A DNA stretch of 64,000 nucleotides from Escherichia virus TH44. The notes beneath the pieces were generated by a model. It saw only the letters and a program-made list of their open reading frames with translations. It made no database searches and was not told the DNA's origin. The first letter of the stretch is position 1, and each line of letters starts with the position of its first letter. The stretch lies in the sequence record MT446415.1; one strand, 5' to 3'. Positions 27,312-38,750 of the stretch are shown here, piece after piece. A program made the position numbers and the translations under genes.

Positions 27312-30300
27312 TTATTTTAACAATGATTTAATTAATGCTTTAAGTTCTTCAATCTCTGATTTCAATTCTGCTATTTCTGCAGTGTGCTCATTGATTGCAG
27401 CTGTATTTAAACCAATTACACCGTTATAGTTTAAACGAAGTAAAGCTTCACCATCAGGGTCACCTTCAACCAATTCAGGTAAAATAGCTTGAACTTCTTG
27501 AGCAATTAAACCAGCATTGGGTTCCCATTTCTGATTACCTTCTTCATCCAGCCCACGTTTCTGCATATAAGTGTAACCGTTAATTTTAGAAAGCTTCTGA
27601 GAAGCATTTTCAAATTTAACAAGGTCTTTTTTAACACGAATATCAGAACGAACATAAACGTCACGAACAAATGTTGAATAGCTATCGCTCTGTTGGATTA
27701 AATGACCGAAAGAAATAATAGCTCTTCCGGTTTCAGTCCAAAGCGCACCATTTGTACCCCATAACCCAGTATGTTCATGATAAGCAGATGACCATGAAGC
27801 AATATGCATTCCATTTGCAACCATATTGATTCGGCCATCACCACCATGTGATAATCCTGTGTCGTTATCACCAATAGCAATACTAGGAGAGCCTAATCCA
27901 TTAACAGTACCAACACCAATTGCAGGAGTCTGGACTAAAGTCGGGGCATAAAATAAACCACTAGAGTGGAATTCGAAAATACCTACAGGACCATCACCCG
28001 TATCGGCATTACCAACACGAATTATGGCTTGTCCCCATGCTTGAGGAGTACGACGCGTACCTAATTCAACAGAAGTAGTATAACCCTGGCCATTAATTAC
28101 AGATTTGCCTTTAATAATAGGATAATAACAGTCTTCACCTACGCCACCGAAATCAAGGAAATAAGGTGCTTCTTCTCGCCATTGGTCACCCCAGCCACCA
28201 CCGTGACGTGCAATCCAGTTAGCACCGTTCATATGAATACGGTCGCGGTTTATATTGAATATTGAAACACCTTGTGGAGATAAAATAACCTCACCATTCG
28301 GGTTAATATTGATACCGCCTTGGGATTGGAAGCTCCAGAAGGCTAAACCGTTATCAGCGCCGTCATTACCTACATACCAGTTATCAACGCCACCTTTTTT
28401 ACCCTTAACATAACCTGCTTCATCTGCCGGATAATCAATAACCACAGCGTCTGAGTTGGTTTTAAGAGTTAAGCGGCCTGTCATCGTGTCGCCTTCTTTA
28501 GAAACACGAGTAGCAACAGCATCAAGAAGGTTAGTTATATTACCTGCACCATTAAATCCGTTCCAGATATCAGAGAAAATGTTACCATTTCGGGCAATAG
28601 AAGCTTCGCCACCACCAACCACAACGTTATCCGGGAAATGCGGAATGCAGTTACTATCAAATTTAATAATTTTGTTTTCATCACCGGCGGCATTAATTCT
28701 ATGGATTACAAAATCACCAGAATTAAGTTCGGTTCCCATAGACCACATTATACCGCCATTTAAGTATTTCTGTTTTATAATTGGAATATAAGCAGAAGCG
28801 GAATCATTATCAATTTCTTGATAAATAGGTGCCGCTTGTCCGTACTGATTAATATACAGCTCGGTACCATTACCATGGCCTGTGAACTTAATAGAACCAT
28901 TTGCGTTCATATCCAAATTAGTATTATCCATATTAGGAATACTTACTTTACCTGTATCAAGGTCCATACGGAACGGGCGAAGGGGTCCGATATTTCCAGT
29001 TTTACCTTGTCCAAACTCGGTAGGAATAATATGAAGACTGTTTTCTGAGCGACGGAAAATGACACCGTAATCATCGTTCCAAATTCTAAGAGCATTGACA
29101 GCATTACCAGCAATAGTGCCAGAGGCGTTAACTTCTTTACCGACATTTATGCTTTCGTTTACATTCATACCACCATTTAAATGGGCTTCAACGTTATTAT
29201 CAGTCTTACGCTGAATATAATGCATCCAACCAACGTCATCAGATATTTCCATTACGTTTTTGCGGTCACCGGCGACATTAGTAAAGGTGTTACCCCAAAC
29301 GTTAATAGTCATGTTATCAACTGAACTATTTCCTGTAGTATTTCCTCTGAACATCAGAGTAGATGCATTGTTGCGACCGTCAATATTAACCGAACCACCA
29401 GCCACATCTATATTACCGGGGGTAACTAACAGACCACCTGCAGTGTTAACGTTTGTAGTACCCTTACCACGGAAATAGTGATGATAATTACCGCCTTGAT
29501 AATATCCTAAAAGTGTTTGACCGTCACCATATGCGTTATTATCATGGTAAGTAACAACAGTAGCCAATGCATAGTTTTCTGACGGAGGTGTGGTCAAATC
29601 TGTGCCGTTTACGGAGTAGCCCATGACCATTTTTCTAAGACTGGTTGTTTCTGCAGGGCCGGAAAGGAAAGTTCTTGTTCCGTTGTTTACATTAAAGAAA
29701 TATCCGTCTTGGTACCATTGTAAGCCGGTATCATTATCGCCAAGAGCAATTGAAGCCGTTCCTAATTCAGAATATCCTTTAGGGCCGTTCGGAAGACCTA
29801 TAGAAACAGAATGATTGGCTTTCAATCCACCCGACCAAGTAAACGACCAAAGATAAGCGTCTAGGCCATCTCCGGCATACCAGGTTATCCCGTCATTATC
29901 TTTAACTTCGTGGAATATACCTGCTCCTACAGCATTTCGCATAACACGGAGGTGGTTAATAGCTGTTTCACTTTCTGCCAATGGGCTATTATCGGCCATT
30001 GAATAGATATCATAATCGCCAGCCTTCTTCCCGTTTGTAATAACTTTATCGGTCAGAATTTGTGGAGACGAAATAGATTTCCATGCCGATACTTCAGGTG
30101 AAGTGAACAAACCATTACCTGAAAATGCATAAGTGCTTTCACTACCAGCGGCATAATCTTGAACACGGATATTAACTACCTGAGTTGTCAAACCTGCGTT
30201 ATTAGGAGAAAAGATAATGCCACGTTCACGTGATGCACCGTCAAAGAATCTCAAATGAGAAGTTGAAGCACTCTTAGAAATAAGTTCTCCGCCTTCAGTC

Positions 30301-30614
30301 ATTATCTGACCTGCAGCAATAATATCACGAGTTACACGAGCAATACCGGTTAAATTAAAATCACCTGTTTGGGTAAAGGTACCATTTAGGGTGTAATCAC
30401 CGGTCTGGTTGTAATTTCCTTTATGAATAACGTTACCATCAATATTACCGCCTTTAGCAAAGCCAAGGTCGATGATGGCGCCAGTGTCATCTTTAGTAAA
30501 AAGTAAGCGGTCTTTCAGGTTGATAGCCAGTTCACCTTCAGCAAGAACTGTTGGCGCCGGGCGAACGCCGGCAACCTTACTTCTTTTAAATTGTATTTGT
30601 TTTAAAGTAGCCAT
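27312..30614 (-). CDS. 37: long tail fibre distal subunit gp37
   Basis: 1100 aa; N-terminus [13 protein letters not shown]...[12 protein letters not shown] matches recalled T4 gp37; C-terminal coiled-coil. Confidence 0.9.
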   Translation of the reverse strand: MATLKQIQFKRSKVAGVRPAPTVLAEGELAINLKDRLLFTKDDTGAIIDLGFAKGGNIDGNVIHKGNYNQTGDYTLNGTFTQTGDFNLTGIARVTRDIIAAGQIMTEGGELISKSASTSHLRFFDGASRERGIIFSPNNAGLTTQVVNIRVQDYAAGSESTYAFSGNGLFTSPEVSAWKSISSPQILTDKVITNGKKAGDYDIYSMADNSPLAESETAINHLRVMRNAVGAGIFHEVKDNDGITWYAGDGLDAYLWSFTWSGGLKANHSVSIGLPNGPKGYSELGTASIALGDNDTGLQWYQDGYFFNVNNGTRTFLSGPAETTSLRKMVMGYSVNGTDLTTPPSENYALATVVTYHDNNAYGDGQTLLGYYQGGNYHHYFRGKGTTNVNTAGGLLVTPGNIDVAGGSVNIDGRNNASTLMFRGNTTGNSSVDNMTINVWGNTFTNVAGDRKNVMEISDDVGWMHYIQRKTDNNVEAHLNGGMNVNESINVGKEVNASGTIAGNAVNALRIWNDDYGVIFRRSENSLHIIPTEFGQGKTGNIGPLRPFRMDLDTGKVSIPNMDNTNLDMNANGSIKFTGHGNGTELYINQYGQAAPIYQEIDNDSASAYIPIIKQKYLNGGIMWSMGTELNSGDFVIHRINAAGDENKIIKFDSNCIPHFPDNVVVGGGEASIARNGNIFSDIWNGFNGAGNITNLLDAVATRVSKEGDTMTGRLTLKTNSDAVVIDYPADEAGYVKGKKGGVDNWYVGNDGADNGLAFWSFQSQGGININPNGEVILSPQGVSIFNINRDRIHMNGANWIARHGGGWGDQWREEAPYFLDFGGVGEDCYYPIIKGKSVINGQGYTTSVELGTRRTPQAWGQAIIRVGNADTGDGPVGIFEFHSSGLFYAPTLVQTPAIGVGTVNGLGSPSIAIGDNDTGLSHGGDGRINMVANGMHIASWSSAYHEHTGLWGTNGALWTETGRAIISFGHLIQQSDSYSTFVRDVYVRSDIRVKKDLVKFENASQKLSKINGYTYMQKRGLDEEGNQKWEPNAGLIAQEVQAILPELVEGDPDGEALLRLNYNGVIGLNTAAINEHTAEIAELKSEIEELKALIKSLLK

Positions 30615-30622
30615 AATGCCTC

Positions 30623-31270
30623 TTAATAATATCCAAAATCTTGTACGGAGTCTTTAAGAACGATTTGGTCAAAACGGGGCACGTGAGCCGGGTCTGATGC
30701 TGGGTTCCTAGAGAAGAAATTAGGTGCTGACAAGTTACCTGTCATTGTTTGCAATGTACTATTATTTAGTTCTACCTGTTGCTGGTTAGTTACATTACCA
30801 AGACCAACTTGAGCTTTTGATGGAGTATTTCCTGGAGAAAATACACGACCTGTTTCATCATAAATTTGTCGAGCTAACGTATCACCCATAACAGTAAGAC
30901 GTTTTGCTCCTGTTGTAGTGTCAGGGTCAAAAATAACGAATGGTGTTCCCGTTTCAGTCTCAAATCCAAACGGCCCCTTAATACGGAAAGATGCGGTAAA
31001 TGGTGTGCCGCCTGTTCTCGCTCCCAACTTAATCCCGTAACCATTTGAATCATTAAATGTCAGGCCTTGTTCGAAATATACGTTTGCTTTATAATTACCA
31101 CCAAGAGCTTTAGAAACGAAATCGTTATCGACTGCTTGTGGCTTGTTATATTCGGAATAAATTTTATAAGTTTTGAAATATAAGTCATTACTGACTGGTG
31201 TTAATGGGAAATTACCTTGGTGCCAGAGGACCGAACCTCCGGCTGTTGAGCCTAGTTTTAAATCTGCCAT
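30623..31270 (-). CDS. 36: long tail fibre subunit gp36
   Basis: 215 aa; N-terminus MADLKLGSTAGGSVLWHQGNFPL and C-terminus PRFDQIVLKDSVQDFGYY match recalled T4 gp36. Confidence 0.85.
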   Translation of the reverse strand: MADLKLGSTAGGSVLWHQGNFPLTPVSNDLYFKTYKIYSEYNKPQAVDNDFVSKALGGNYKANVYFEQGLTFNDSNGYGIKLGARTGGTPFTASFRIKGPFGFETETGTPFVIFDPDTTTGAKRLTVMGDTLARQIYDETGRVFSPGNTPSKAQVGLGNVTNQQQVELNNSTLQTMTGNLSAPNFFSRNPASDPAHVPRFDQIVLKDSVQDFGYY

Positions 31271-31305
31271 TTATAAGTCCTCTTCAACCGGCATATGATA
31301 TTTTG

Positions 31306-31313
31306 TATTTATA
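31306..31313 (-). promoter_or_regulatory. late promoter TATAAATA for gene 36
   Basis: TATAAATA on minus strand about 37 nt upstream of gp36 ATG. Confidence 0.5.
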
Positions 31314-31337
31314 ACGAAAAAAGGACTCCGAAGAGTC
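31314..31337 (-). terminator. rho-independent terminator after gene 35
   Basis: on minus strand AGGACTC-TTCG-GAGTCCT plus TTTTT. Confidence 0.6.
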
Positions 31338-32468
31338 CTATTGTTTTTCCCGTAGTTCGGCTGCATATATCTTGCCGGCTCTCGGAGCTTGCGCATCTGG
31401 TAATGTTACAATTGTATTGCCTGTATTTGCTGCATCGTTTGCGTATGACATCCTTATGCCGTTGACACCAAATTCAGCTGGTTTGAATGCCGAGTCACCT
31501 CTGGTTATCTCACCAATAACAATATTACGTATTGACCCAGTTCCCACAGCTACAGTCCTTGATGTTACTACTGTAAAGCCATCGGCTCCCGCCGGAATCT
31601 CGACATATCTTTCGAAACTCGCCCAAGCACCAGCTGGAACGTTTGTTGCAATATCGATGTTTGTATTTGATATTGGAGAAGTGCTAGGACTTTTAAAGAA
31701 TCGAACCGAAGTCCTTACAGTCCCGATGGCTTTCAGTTCAGCGTCAAATGACATCTGAAACTTCAGGTAAAGCACATCCAAAGGTAAAAGGTTATAGGTG
31801 CTCATAGGAGTCACCAGGTCCTCTGTGGGGAACCTTCTAATTGCGGTTGATGTTCCATCACCTGTTGATGAATACGTGCTCTCGTCTTCCGTTATGCGCA
31901 CAGGATAGCCTGTTGCTCCTATATCACTAAAGGTATCATAAATTACTTCAAGTGGAGTCGAAACATCCTCAACTAACTTCCCGTCATTATACTTAACATG
32001 CTCCGAAACAATTACGTTCCGGCCGGTTATGTAAAAAGCCGAGTACGATGTATCAACTTTATCAATCAGCCATTTCTCGGGGAATGCTCTTGAACCGCAT
32101 TTACGAAACCAGTCAATTAATGTCTGTGAAGCATTTAATTTCCCAGAAGAAATAAAAGCAATCAATCTTCCGGCTGGTACAGATTCCACAAAGGTGATTA
32201 ATGCCTGACTGATTACATCGTGTGTGCTGGTCAATGAATAGTTTTTCGTGTTAACAATTTTATTCGTAGTTGTATCAATTTCTAATAGAGTCAAACCATT
32301 ACCAAAAGTAGTTGGTCCGATTCGTTCATCCTGAAATTTGATATACGATTTCACCGTGGAAAGAGTACAGCTCCCTGCTATACTCATTTTAAATTTAACG
32401 GCATTATTTTCTGATATAACTGGCGTTTGGACGTATCCTTGTCCAAACTCTGCCATAAATTTTTCCAT
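31338..32468 (-). CDS. 35: long tail fibre hinge protein gp35
   Basis: 376 aa (T4 gp35 372) between 34 and 36; SD AAGAGG. Confidence 0.75.
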   Translation of the reverse strand: MEKFMAEFGQGYVQTPVISENNAVKFKMSIAGSCTLSTVKSYIKFQDERIGPTTFGNGLTLLEIDTTTNKIVNTKNYSLTSTHDVISQALITFVESVPAGRLIAFISSGKLNASQTLIDWFRKCGSRAFPEKWLIDKVDTSYSAFYITGRNVIVSEHVKYNDGKLVEDVSTPLEVIYDTFSDIGATGYPVRITEDESTYSSTGDGTSTAIRRFPTEDLVTPMSTYNLLPLDVLYLKFQMSFDAELKAIGTVRTSVRFFKSPSTSPISNTNIDIATNVPAGAWASFERYVEIPAGADGFTVVTSRTVAVGTGSIRNIVIGEITRGDSAFKPAEFGVNGIRMSYANDAANTGNTIVTLPDAQAPRAGKIYAAELREKQ

Positions 32469-32476
32469 ATTACCTC

Positions 32477-35400
32477 TTATTCAACCCATTCAAACTTAAC
32501 GGATTTAGTGGTCGGGTCTGGGATGATGCGTACGTTACCAATACGTAACCAATCGAGAATGGTTAAGTTCCCCATCGTTGTGTTGTCAGCCGGTAATGCG
32601 CCAACATCCTCTGCAGACGGAGGGTTATCCGCGGTGTAAACCATTGCGAAAGTCGTCCATGCAGATTTATTTTTCTGCCACGTACGAGTATAACGAATAG
32701 TACCACCGTTCAATCCAGTTGGATAGCAAACCCAATCTTGATAGCACGAATCCAGCGTATTACCAAACTGAGTTAATGTACCAGGATATTTAATTTGTTT
32801 ATCACGAACCGAATAGTCAAACCAGGTTCCGCGCAGTTTTTGACCAGAGCTGCCTAATACTTCATCACCGAGTGTACCATCGTCATTACGATAACGAATA
32901 GCAGGCGAGGCGAAAGTTCCATTTTCAGTTAACCAACCAGAAGCATTCCAAACTTCATCAGTTACCCCGACAGGTTTAGTTTGAACTGTATCAATGTTTA
33001 CCTGACGTTTTAACTTCATTGTCCAATAACCAGGGAACTGGCTATAAGTCGGTTCATCATTGATATCGACAGACCAGAAGCCAACAGTATCTGCAGTCGG
33101 AGCTTGTGCGATAAGACTTGGTTTCGTACCGAATACACGGACCGGAGCATTCACACGGAGCACACCAGACATTGTATCACCGGCTTGGTTAACAAAGTTT
33201 CTATCTACAATCTCAACAGCGTTTTTCTCGGTAAGGACTTTAAATGCACCGCCACCATTTGCTATGATATTACCAGCATCAAGAGTTTTAAGCACTAAAT
33301 TCTGCGAGTTATCACCCAGAGACAGAGTTGCACCAGAAGTTTCACCCGTTGTGGTTGCGATAGTACGACCATTTAGAACGTAATTATTTTTGGCTTGAAC
33401 ATCATTTCCGGCGCTAAGGTTGTTCAATACAGCAGCATTACCCGAGGCGGTGTTTAATGTCAATACGTTAGTCGTATCGCCAATAGTCATTGTCGTTCCG
33501 GTGGAAGGAGCGGTGATTTTCCACTTGTTAGTTCCGTTAACAACATTCACAGTTCCGAACGTCGAAGTGCCAGCCGTTACATCAGTAAACACTGCAGTGC
33601 TCGTCGATACAACCGGAGCAGAGATATTTGTCTGTTTAGTAAGAGTTAACGCACCTTCAACAGTCTGAGCAATATCACGACGAATAAACTGGGTCGAATC
33701 AAGGCTATCAAGTTTTTCGGCATTAACAGCCATCGCATTTATCGGTAAGAAGTTTTGCAATACGCGGTTTAATTCGTAAGGCGAAACTGCATATCCAGAT
33801 TTTGCATAGCTAACCAGTTTACTTGGGTCCGGAGTATACACACCATTTGCATATGTAAATCCTGCGCCTGTCGTTGTAGTTGCGGCCGAAGTAGCTGCAC
33901 CAGAAGATAAACGAACAAATCCGCGCAGTGTTTCAGATGCTTCCCAGGTTGTTTCCGTTTGAGCAATATATTTCAGCGCCGACGGACTGATGGCCAATAC
34001 TTTTGATGTACCTGCTGTTGCTTCTGCGTTTGTCGCGATTCGAACAATACCTTCGGCATTTTCAGTGGCTTTTTTCGACATCAATTTAAGCGGGGTAACG
34101 ATTGTTTTATCGTCAGTGCCGGTATTGACTTCGCCCTGAGTTGCTAATCTTGCCGTGCCGCGTTGAGTCTCATTTGCTTCAAGAATATTCAGGCTATAAT
34201 GGTCCCAGAGCGTCCCTGTTTCTACTAAACCACTTAATGCATTAACAGAAGTACGAGCAGTATTATTAAATCTAGTTTTAATTTTTAATGGAGTTGAGAT
34301 ACGAGTATCATCAGTTCCAGTATCAAATTCTGATTGCGTAGCAATCTCGGCTATGCCGGTTAACGTTTCTGATGCTTTACGGTCATTTAACGTTTTAGGA
34401 GTCACAGCTCTGGTATAATCGGTTCCTGCATCTGTTTCTACTTGAGTTGCAATCTCGATTAAACCGATACGGGAATCAAGAGCAGTTTTGCGATGCAACA
34501 TTTCTGGAGTAACGACTGCGTTTGCCCAGCCGGATTGAGAAGTACCAGCAATTACTTCACTTTCAACCGCAAGAATAACTGCACCTTGCTGAGTGTAAGT
34601 AGCTTTGTACTGGTCAAGAGCTTTCGGAGAAACAACCAGATTAACCGTATTTTTATTATAAACGTTTGTACCATTTAATTCACGCGAAGCAGCAGGGGTT
34701 GCACCGGTTGTTGAAACGTAAGTTACAATACCAGATAGCGATTCCGAGCCCTGGCGCGCTTGCAGTTTCTTCGGAGTGATAATTGTGGTATCATCTACAC
34801 CTGCATCGGTTTCTTGCTGTGTGGCGAGTTCTGCGAGCCCACGTCTCGTTTCTGTTGCTGTACGTTCATTGAGTTTTTTCGGAGAAATAATTACATCATC
34901 AACAAATGCAAAATCACTGTTCTGATTTACTTGAGCAGTCGTTGCGATTCTGGCAATACCTCGTTGGTTCTCTTTAGCGACACGGTTGGCCAAAGTCTGA
35001 GGGGTAATTGCGAGTTCTTTCTCTGGGTTATTTTCATGGTCAACGTTTGCCTGAGTCTGGTTTGCCAGAGCAATAACACCAAGGCGTGCACGCGTGGAAT
35101 CATTTAATGAGTCAACTCGTTCAACAGTAGGAACGTTTTGAGCGACAACCCAATAACTTTTTCCAGATACTTTATCTTCCGCATATGACAATTCAATAAC
35201 CGGAGTATAACTGATATTACCATTAAAGGTCAATGAATCAACCAGCACCCAAGTTGTATCCGGTGGATACTCGGAACGTTTAGGGAATTGCAGCAATTTA
35301 ATGTCAGATGCAATCTTATCACCAACAGCAGCTCTTATATTAACAGTCTGTGATTTACGGAGATAGTTCAGTGCAATCTTAACAATGTCGCCTTGCAAAA

Positions 35401-36433
35401 CATCAGTTGGTAAATCGATATTAATCGTTGCCGGAGTTGAATTATCTTCACCGAATACAATGATGCTTTCGTTTGGTAAAAGTTTAACACTATCGCGAAT
35501 AATACGCAGACGAGTTTTATTATCACCGTCCCAAACATGCCAGAGTTTTTCGGCAGCATTATAAACGAAGAAACCATCACCTGTAGTACGGAATTCCATT
35601 TGATGCTGGCCAGCTTTTCCAAGACTGGAACTGGTGTCAAAAGTTTCAACCATCAGGTGGAACGTTGGTCCCATGCCATCGATATCAACAGATTTGACAA
35701 TATCGCCCTGGTTTGCATACTTAGGAAGAATGAAAGTAATCGGTGCACCAGTTGTATAACGACGCATAATAAAGTCGCCAGCTTGTGCATGGAAACGACC
35801 TGTCGATGGTTCTACTCTGATACCACGTTCTTCGTTGCCAGCTTCCCAAAATTGCCACAGGCGGTTTGAAAAGATAAGCATGTTATAAGAGAATGGTTTG
35901 GTAATTAAAACTTCCGGATACTGATTACCAAAGCGAACAATCTTTTGGTTACCTGCCCCTGGTACGTTGCTTGACTGGATTTTAATTTCATTGTAACCAA
36001 CGTTCCCACCGATATCTTTAATAACGATGGTATCGCCATCAACCGGGTTTGGAGGCAATGTAAATGTGGTAAAGCTTGCAGCCGAGTCGACGGCGATAAA
36101 TTCACCCGAGTTAAGCTGACGAGTTGGAGATGCAACAGTTTCCCATTTCGGGTCAGTACGAGTTGCTAACCAATACTGAGGGGTAAATGCTCCAGCTGGT
36201 GCCGGAATATCACGTTGAGCAACCCAAATACGGTTATCGTTAATAACTGCAAAGTTCTTTTTGTATCCGCGCGTTGCATCATATTGTTGAACTGTGTTTT
36301 CTTCTATAAAGAAATCTACGTTAACGCCGTCTGATAAAACTGAGTAATCAGCTTTTGCGACATTAATGACTTTCTCACCAGCAGCATCGAGACCGGATGT
36401 TGCTCTGAATGCTGGTTTTAAAATATCGGCCAT
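32477..36433 (-). CDS. 34: long tail fibre proximal subunit gp34
   Basis: 1318 aa; extensive colinear match to recalled T4 gp34 including the C-terminal WITYPT and NVRIIPDP...KFEWVE. Confidence 0.9.
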   Translation of the reverse strand: MADILKPAFRATSGLDAAGEKVINVAKADYSVLSDGVNVDFFIEENTVQQYDATRGYKKNFAVINDNRIWVAQRDIPAPAGAFTPQYWLATRTDPKWETVASPTRQLNSGEFIAVDSAASFTTFTLPPNPVDGDTIVIKDIGGNVGYNEIKIQSSNVPGAGNQKIVRFGNQYPEVLITKPFSYNMLIFSNRLWQFWEAGNEERGIRVEPSTGRFHAQAGDFIMRRYTTGAPITFILPKYANQGDIVKSVDIDGMGPTFHLMVETFDTSSSLGKAGQHQMEFRTTGDGFFVYNAAEKLWHVWDGDNKTRLRIIRDSVKLLPNESIIVFGEDNSTPATINIDLPTDVLQGDIVKIALNYLRKSQTVNIRAAVGDKIASDIKLLQFPKRSEYPPDTTWVLVDSLTFNGNISYTPVIELSYAEDKVSGKSYWVVAQNVPTVERVDSLNDSTRARLGVIALANQTQANVDHENNPEKELAITPQTLANRVAKENQRGIARIATTAQVNQNSDFAFVDDVIISPKKLNERTATETRRGLAELATQQETDAGVDDTTIITPKKLQARQGSESLSGIVTYVSTTGATPAASRELNGTNVYNKNTVNLVVSPKALDQYKATYTQQGAVILAVESEVIAGTSQSGWANAVVTPEMLHRKTALDSRIGLIEIATQVETDAGTDYTRAVTPKTLNDRKASETLTGIAEIATQSEFDTGTDDTRISTPLKIKTRFNNTARTSVNALSGLVETGTLWDHYSLNILEANETQRGTARLATQGEVNTGTDDKTIVTPLKLMSKKATENAEGIVRIATNAEATAGTSKVLAISPSALKYIAQTETTWEASETLRGFVRLSSGAATSAATTTTGAGFTYANGVYTPDPSKLVSYAKSGYAVSPYELNRVLQNFLPINAMAVNAEKLDSLDSTQFIRRDIAQTVEGALTLTKQTNISAPVVSTSTAVFTDVTAGTSTFGTVNVVNGTNKWKITAPSTGTTMTIGDTTNVLTLNTASGNAAVLNNLSAGNDVQAKNNYVLNGRTIATTTGETSGATLSLGDNSQNLVLKTLDAGNIIANGGGAFKVLTEKNAVEIVDRNFVNQAGDTMSGVLRVNAPVRVFGTKPSLIAQAPTADTVGFWSVDINDEPTYSQFPGYWTMKLKRQVNIDTVQTKPVGVTDEVWNASGWLTENGTFASPAIRYRNDDGTLGDEVLGSSGQKLRGTWFDYSVRDKQIKYPGTLTQFGNTLDSCYQDWVCYPTGLNGGTIRYTRTWQKNKSAWTTFAMVYTADNPPSAEDVGALPADNTTMGNLTILDWLRIGNVRIIPDPTTKSVKFEWVE

Positions 36434-36463
36434 GTGCTTTATCCTTATTGATTGGTATATGTG

Positions 36464-36471
36464 TATTTATA
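36464..36471 (-). promoter_or_regulatory. late promoter TATAAATA for gene 34
   Basis: TATAAATA on minus strand about 30 nt upstream of gp34 ATG. Confidence 0.55.
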
Positions 36472-36500
36472 TTGCTTTAAAAATTTTATGCTAATATAAT
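36472..36500 (+). promoter_or_regulatory. sigma70-type promoter for rnh (TTGCTT-17-TATAAT; -35 also matches MotA-box core)
   Basis: ATTGCTTTAA then 17 bp then TATAAT, 28 nt upstream of rnh ATG. Confidence 0.5.
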
Positions 36501-36528
36501 CGAGTCAACTAATTGAACAGAGGTTCAT

Positions 36529-37473
36529 ATGAATTTAGATTTTTTACTCCCTGAAGAAGACCGTCAAAAAGATGGTTTTCAGTTACTCGATTTTAGTCAG
36601 CTCATCATGGCTGCAGCCTTCCAGGAATTCGGCAAAGACGCGGGCTTTCCGAAGGTAACAACTGCAATGACCAGGCACCTGGTTCTAAACTCCATCCGAA
36701 AAAATATTGTACAGTTCAAGAAGCTCGGTTATACGATTCCGATTATTTGTGTTGATAACTCGAAGAACGGTTATTGGCGCCGGACTAAATCTTATTATTA
36801 TAAGAAAAACCGTGCGAAAGCTCGTGAAGAGTCTCAATTCGATTGGGAAGGTCTACATGCTGCCATGCACATCATCATCGATGAAATGGAAAAACATATG
36901 CCTTACATCGTGATGAATATGGATAAAGTCGAGGCTGATGACCATATTGCAGTATTAACGAAGTTGCTCACTGGTCTAGGACATCCGGTTATGATTGTTT
37001 CTTCGGATGGTGACTTTACACAGTTGCATAAATTCCCTGGGGTGAAACAATGGTCCCCGATGCAGAAAAAATATGTCAAAACTAAATCAGGCGATGCCCT
37101 TATGGATTGCGTGACAAAGGTTGTTAAAGGTGACAAAAAAGATAACGTGTCAAGCATCAAGGTTCGTGGTGATTTTTATTACACTCATGAAGAAGGTGAA
37201 CGTACTCCATCGACCCGTGCAACCGAGCTTGAACAAATTGCACTCAACTATTACGACCATGACGTGCTGAAAACGCTTTTAACAGAAGAGCAATATAATA
37301 GATTCTGTGAAAACCAATTGTTGATTGATATGGACTTTATCCCAACGGAAATATCCGCTTCAATCTTAGAACGATATAATAACTACGTTATCCCAGCCAA
37401 AAGTAAAGTTTATCCTTACTTTGTTAAGTCTGGTCTGTCTAAACTAACTGCAAACATTGCTGAATTTTATTAA
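36529..37473 (+). CDS. rnh: RNase H (5-prime to 3-prime exonuclease / flap endonuclease)
   Basis: 314 aa (T4 305); FEN-type acidic clusters (VDNSKNG, DKVEADDHIA, SSDGDF); position after gene 34. Confidence 0.85.
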   Translation: MNLDFLLPEEDRQKDGFQLLDFSQLIMAAAFQEFGKDAGFPKVTTAMTRHLVLNSIRKNIVQFKKLGYTIPIICVDNSKNGYWRRTKSYYYKKNRAKAREESQFDWEGLHAAMHIIIDEMEKHMPYIVMNMDKVEADDHIAVLTKLLTGLGHPVMIVSSDGDFTQLHKFPGVKQWSPMQKKYVKTKSGDALMDCVTKVVKGDKKDNVSSIKVRGDFYYTHEEGERTPSTRATELEQIALNYYDHDVLKTLLTEEQYNRFCENQLLIDMDFIPTEISASILERYNNYVIPAKSKVYPYFVKSGLSKLTANIAEFY

Positions 37474-37481
37474 GGTATATT

Positions 37482-37751
37482 ATGAAAGAGAAAAAAGTGA
37501 AAGTTGAATTTTGTCCCGATACTCATGGCGCTGAACTGGCCAAGCTGATTAAAGCTGCTTCCGATACCAAATTAAAAATGGAAGCATATGCAGACGAAAT
37601 TAAAGACCTTAAAGACAAGGCAAAAACTGAATTAGGCGTTGACGGTAAGATGTTCAATACACAGCTCGGCCTGTATCATAAAGGCACTCGTGAGCGTTTT
37701 GAAGATGAAAAAACCGAAGCTGTGGAGCTCTATGATGTCCTCTTTAGTTAA
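37482..37751 (+). CDS. dsbA: dsDNA-binding protein DsbA
   Basis: 89 aa, same as T4 DsbA; position between rnh and 33. Confidence 0.7.
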   Translation: MKEKKVKVEFCPDTHGAELAKLIKAASDTKLKMEAYADEIKDLKDKAKTELGVDGKMFNTQLGLYHKGTRERFEDEKTEAVELYDVLFS

Positions 37752-38025
37752 TTTTGATACACAGAAAACTGAATCGCCTTCCGGGGCGATTAGTAAGCAG
37801 CAAAACGGGCTTGATATTGAAGCCATGGTCGAGACAACTGAAATGTCTTATCTGGAAGCTGCGACTGCCTGGTTGGAAGAACGTGGAATTCCTGAAGGCA
37901 ATTTTGCTCGATATATCCCTGCGGGAATCGTCGATAAGATTATGAATGAAGCATATGATGATAACTTGCTTCGCCCGAGTATGTCTCGTACACAGAAAAC
38001 TAATACGCTGGACTTTTTGTTATGA
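37732..38025 (+). CDS. 33: late transcription co-activator gp33 (start uncertain)
   Basis: ORF between dsbA and 59 as in T4; ATG candidates at 37705/37732/37735, GGAG before 37732; sequence not verified. Confidence 0.45.
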   Translation: MMSSLVNFDTQKTESPSGAISKQQNGLDIEAMVETTEMSYLEAATAWLEERGIPEGNFARYIPAGIVDKIMNEAYDDNLLRPSMSRTQKTNTLDFLL

Positions 38026-38690
38026 TTACGATTCGCATGCCTCCAAATAACAACCGATATATAAATGGTAAATCAGTATATCAACTGTACTTATCCATCA
38101 AACAGCATTTTTCGGGTCGTTATGATATTATCAAATATAACTGGACCATGCGAATCTCCGATAGTGCTTATCAAAAACGTCGCGATAAGTATTTTTTCGA
38201 AAAGCTTAGCGATAAGTACACTCTTAAAGAATTAACGTTAATATTCATGTCAAACCTGGTCGCGAACCAGGATGCATGGATAGGCGATATAAGTGATGCC
38301 GATGCTCTGATATTTTATAGAGAATACATTGGCAGACTTAAAAGAATTAGACAAGTATACGAAGATGATATAAAGAACATCTATTACTTCAGTAAGAAAG
38401 TCGAAGTCAAATCGCTCCAAGAGATTTTCGAGTATAATACTAAAGTGAATACAAGTTATATTTTCAAACTTCTCCAATCGAATGTTATCTCATTTGAAAC
38501 GTTTTGTTTGCTTGATTCATTTTTAGGTATTATAAATAAACATGATGAACAGACTAACGACTTGGTTTGGGAAAAGTATTCAACCAAACTAAATGCCTAT
38601 AAGAAAATCTTAAATATAGATTCTCTTGAAGCTCGTAAATTGTTCATCGAGACCGTTAAAAACTGTCAAATAACGCTTCAATCACTTTGA
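38022..38690 (+). CDS. 59: helicase loader gp59
   Basis: 222 aa (T4 217), basic, immediately upstream of gene 32. Confidence 0.75.
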   Translation: MITIRMPPNNNRYINGKSVYQLYLSIKQHFSGRYDIIKYNWTMRISDSAYQKRRDKYFFEKLSDKYTLKELTLIFMSNLVANQDAWIGDISDADALIFYREYIGRLKRIRQVYEDDIKNIYYFSKKVEVKSLQEIFEYNTKVNTSYIFKLLQSNVISFETFCLLDSFLGIINKHDEQTNDLVWEKYSTKLNAYKKILNIDSLEARKLFIETVKNCQITLQSL

Positions 38691-38750
38691 AGTATAATTA
38701 ATACGTAATCAAAACAACTGCTAAAAATCAAATAATCTAAGGAAAATCAT
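38691..38750 (+). promoter_or_regulatory. gene 32 leader (candidate autoregulatory translational operator)
   Basis: unstructured A/U-rich leader CAAAACAACTGCTAAAAATCAAATAATCTAAGGAAAA before gp32 ATG. Confidence 0.4.

Noticed and set aside
36472-36500. Calling the rnh promoter a MotA-dependent middle promoter
   Set aside because: The TGCTT core is 15 nt from the -10, standard sigma70 spacing rather than the 11-13 nt expected of a MotA box; left as a sigma70-type promoter with the middle-promoter option noted.
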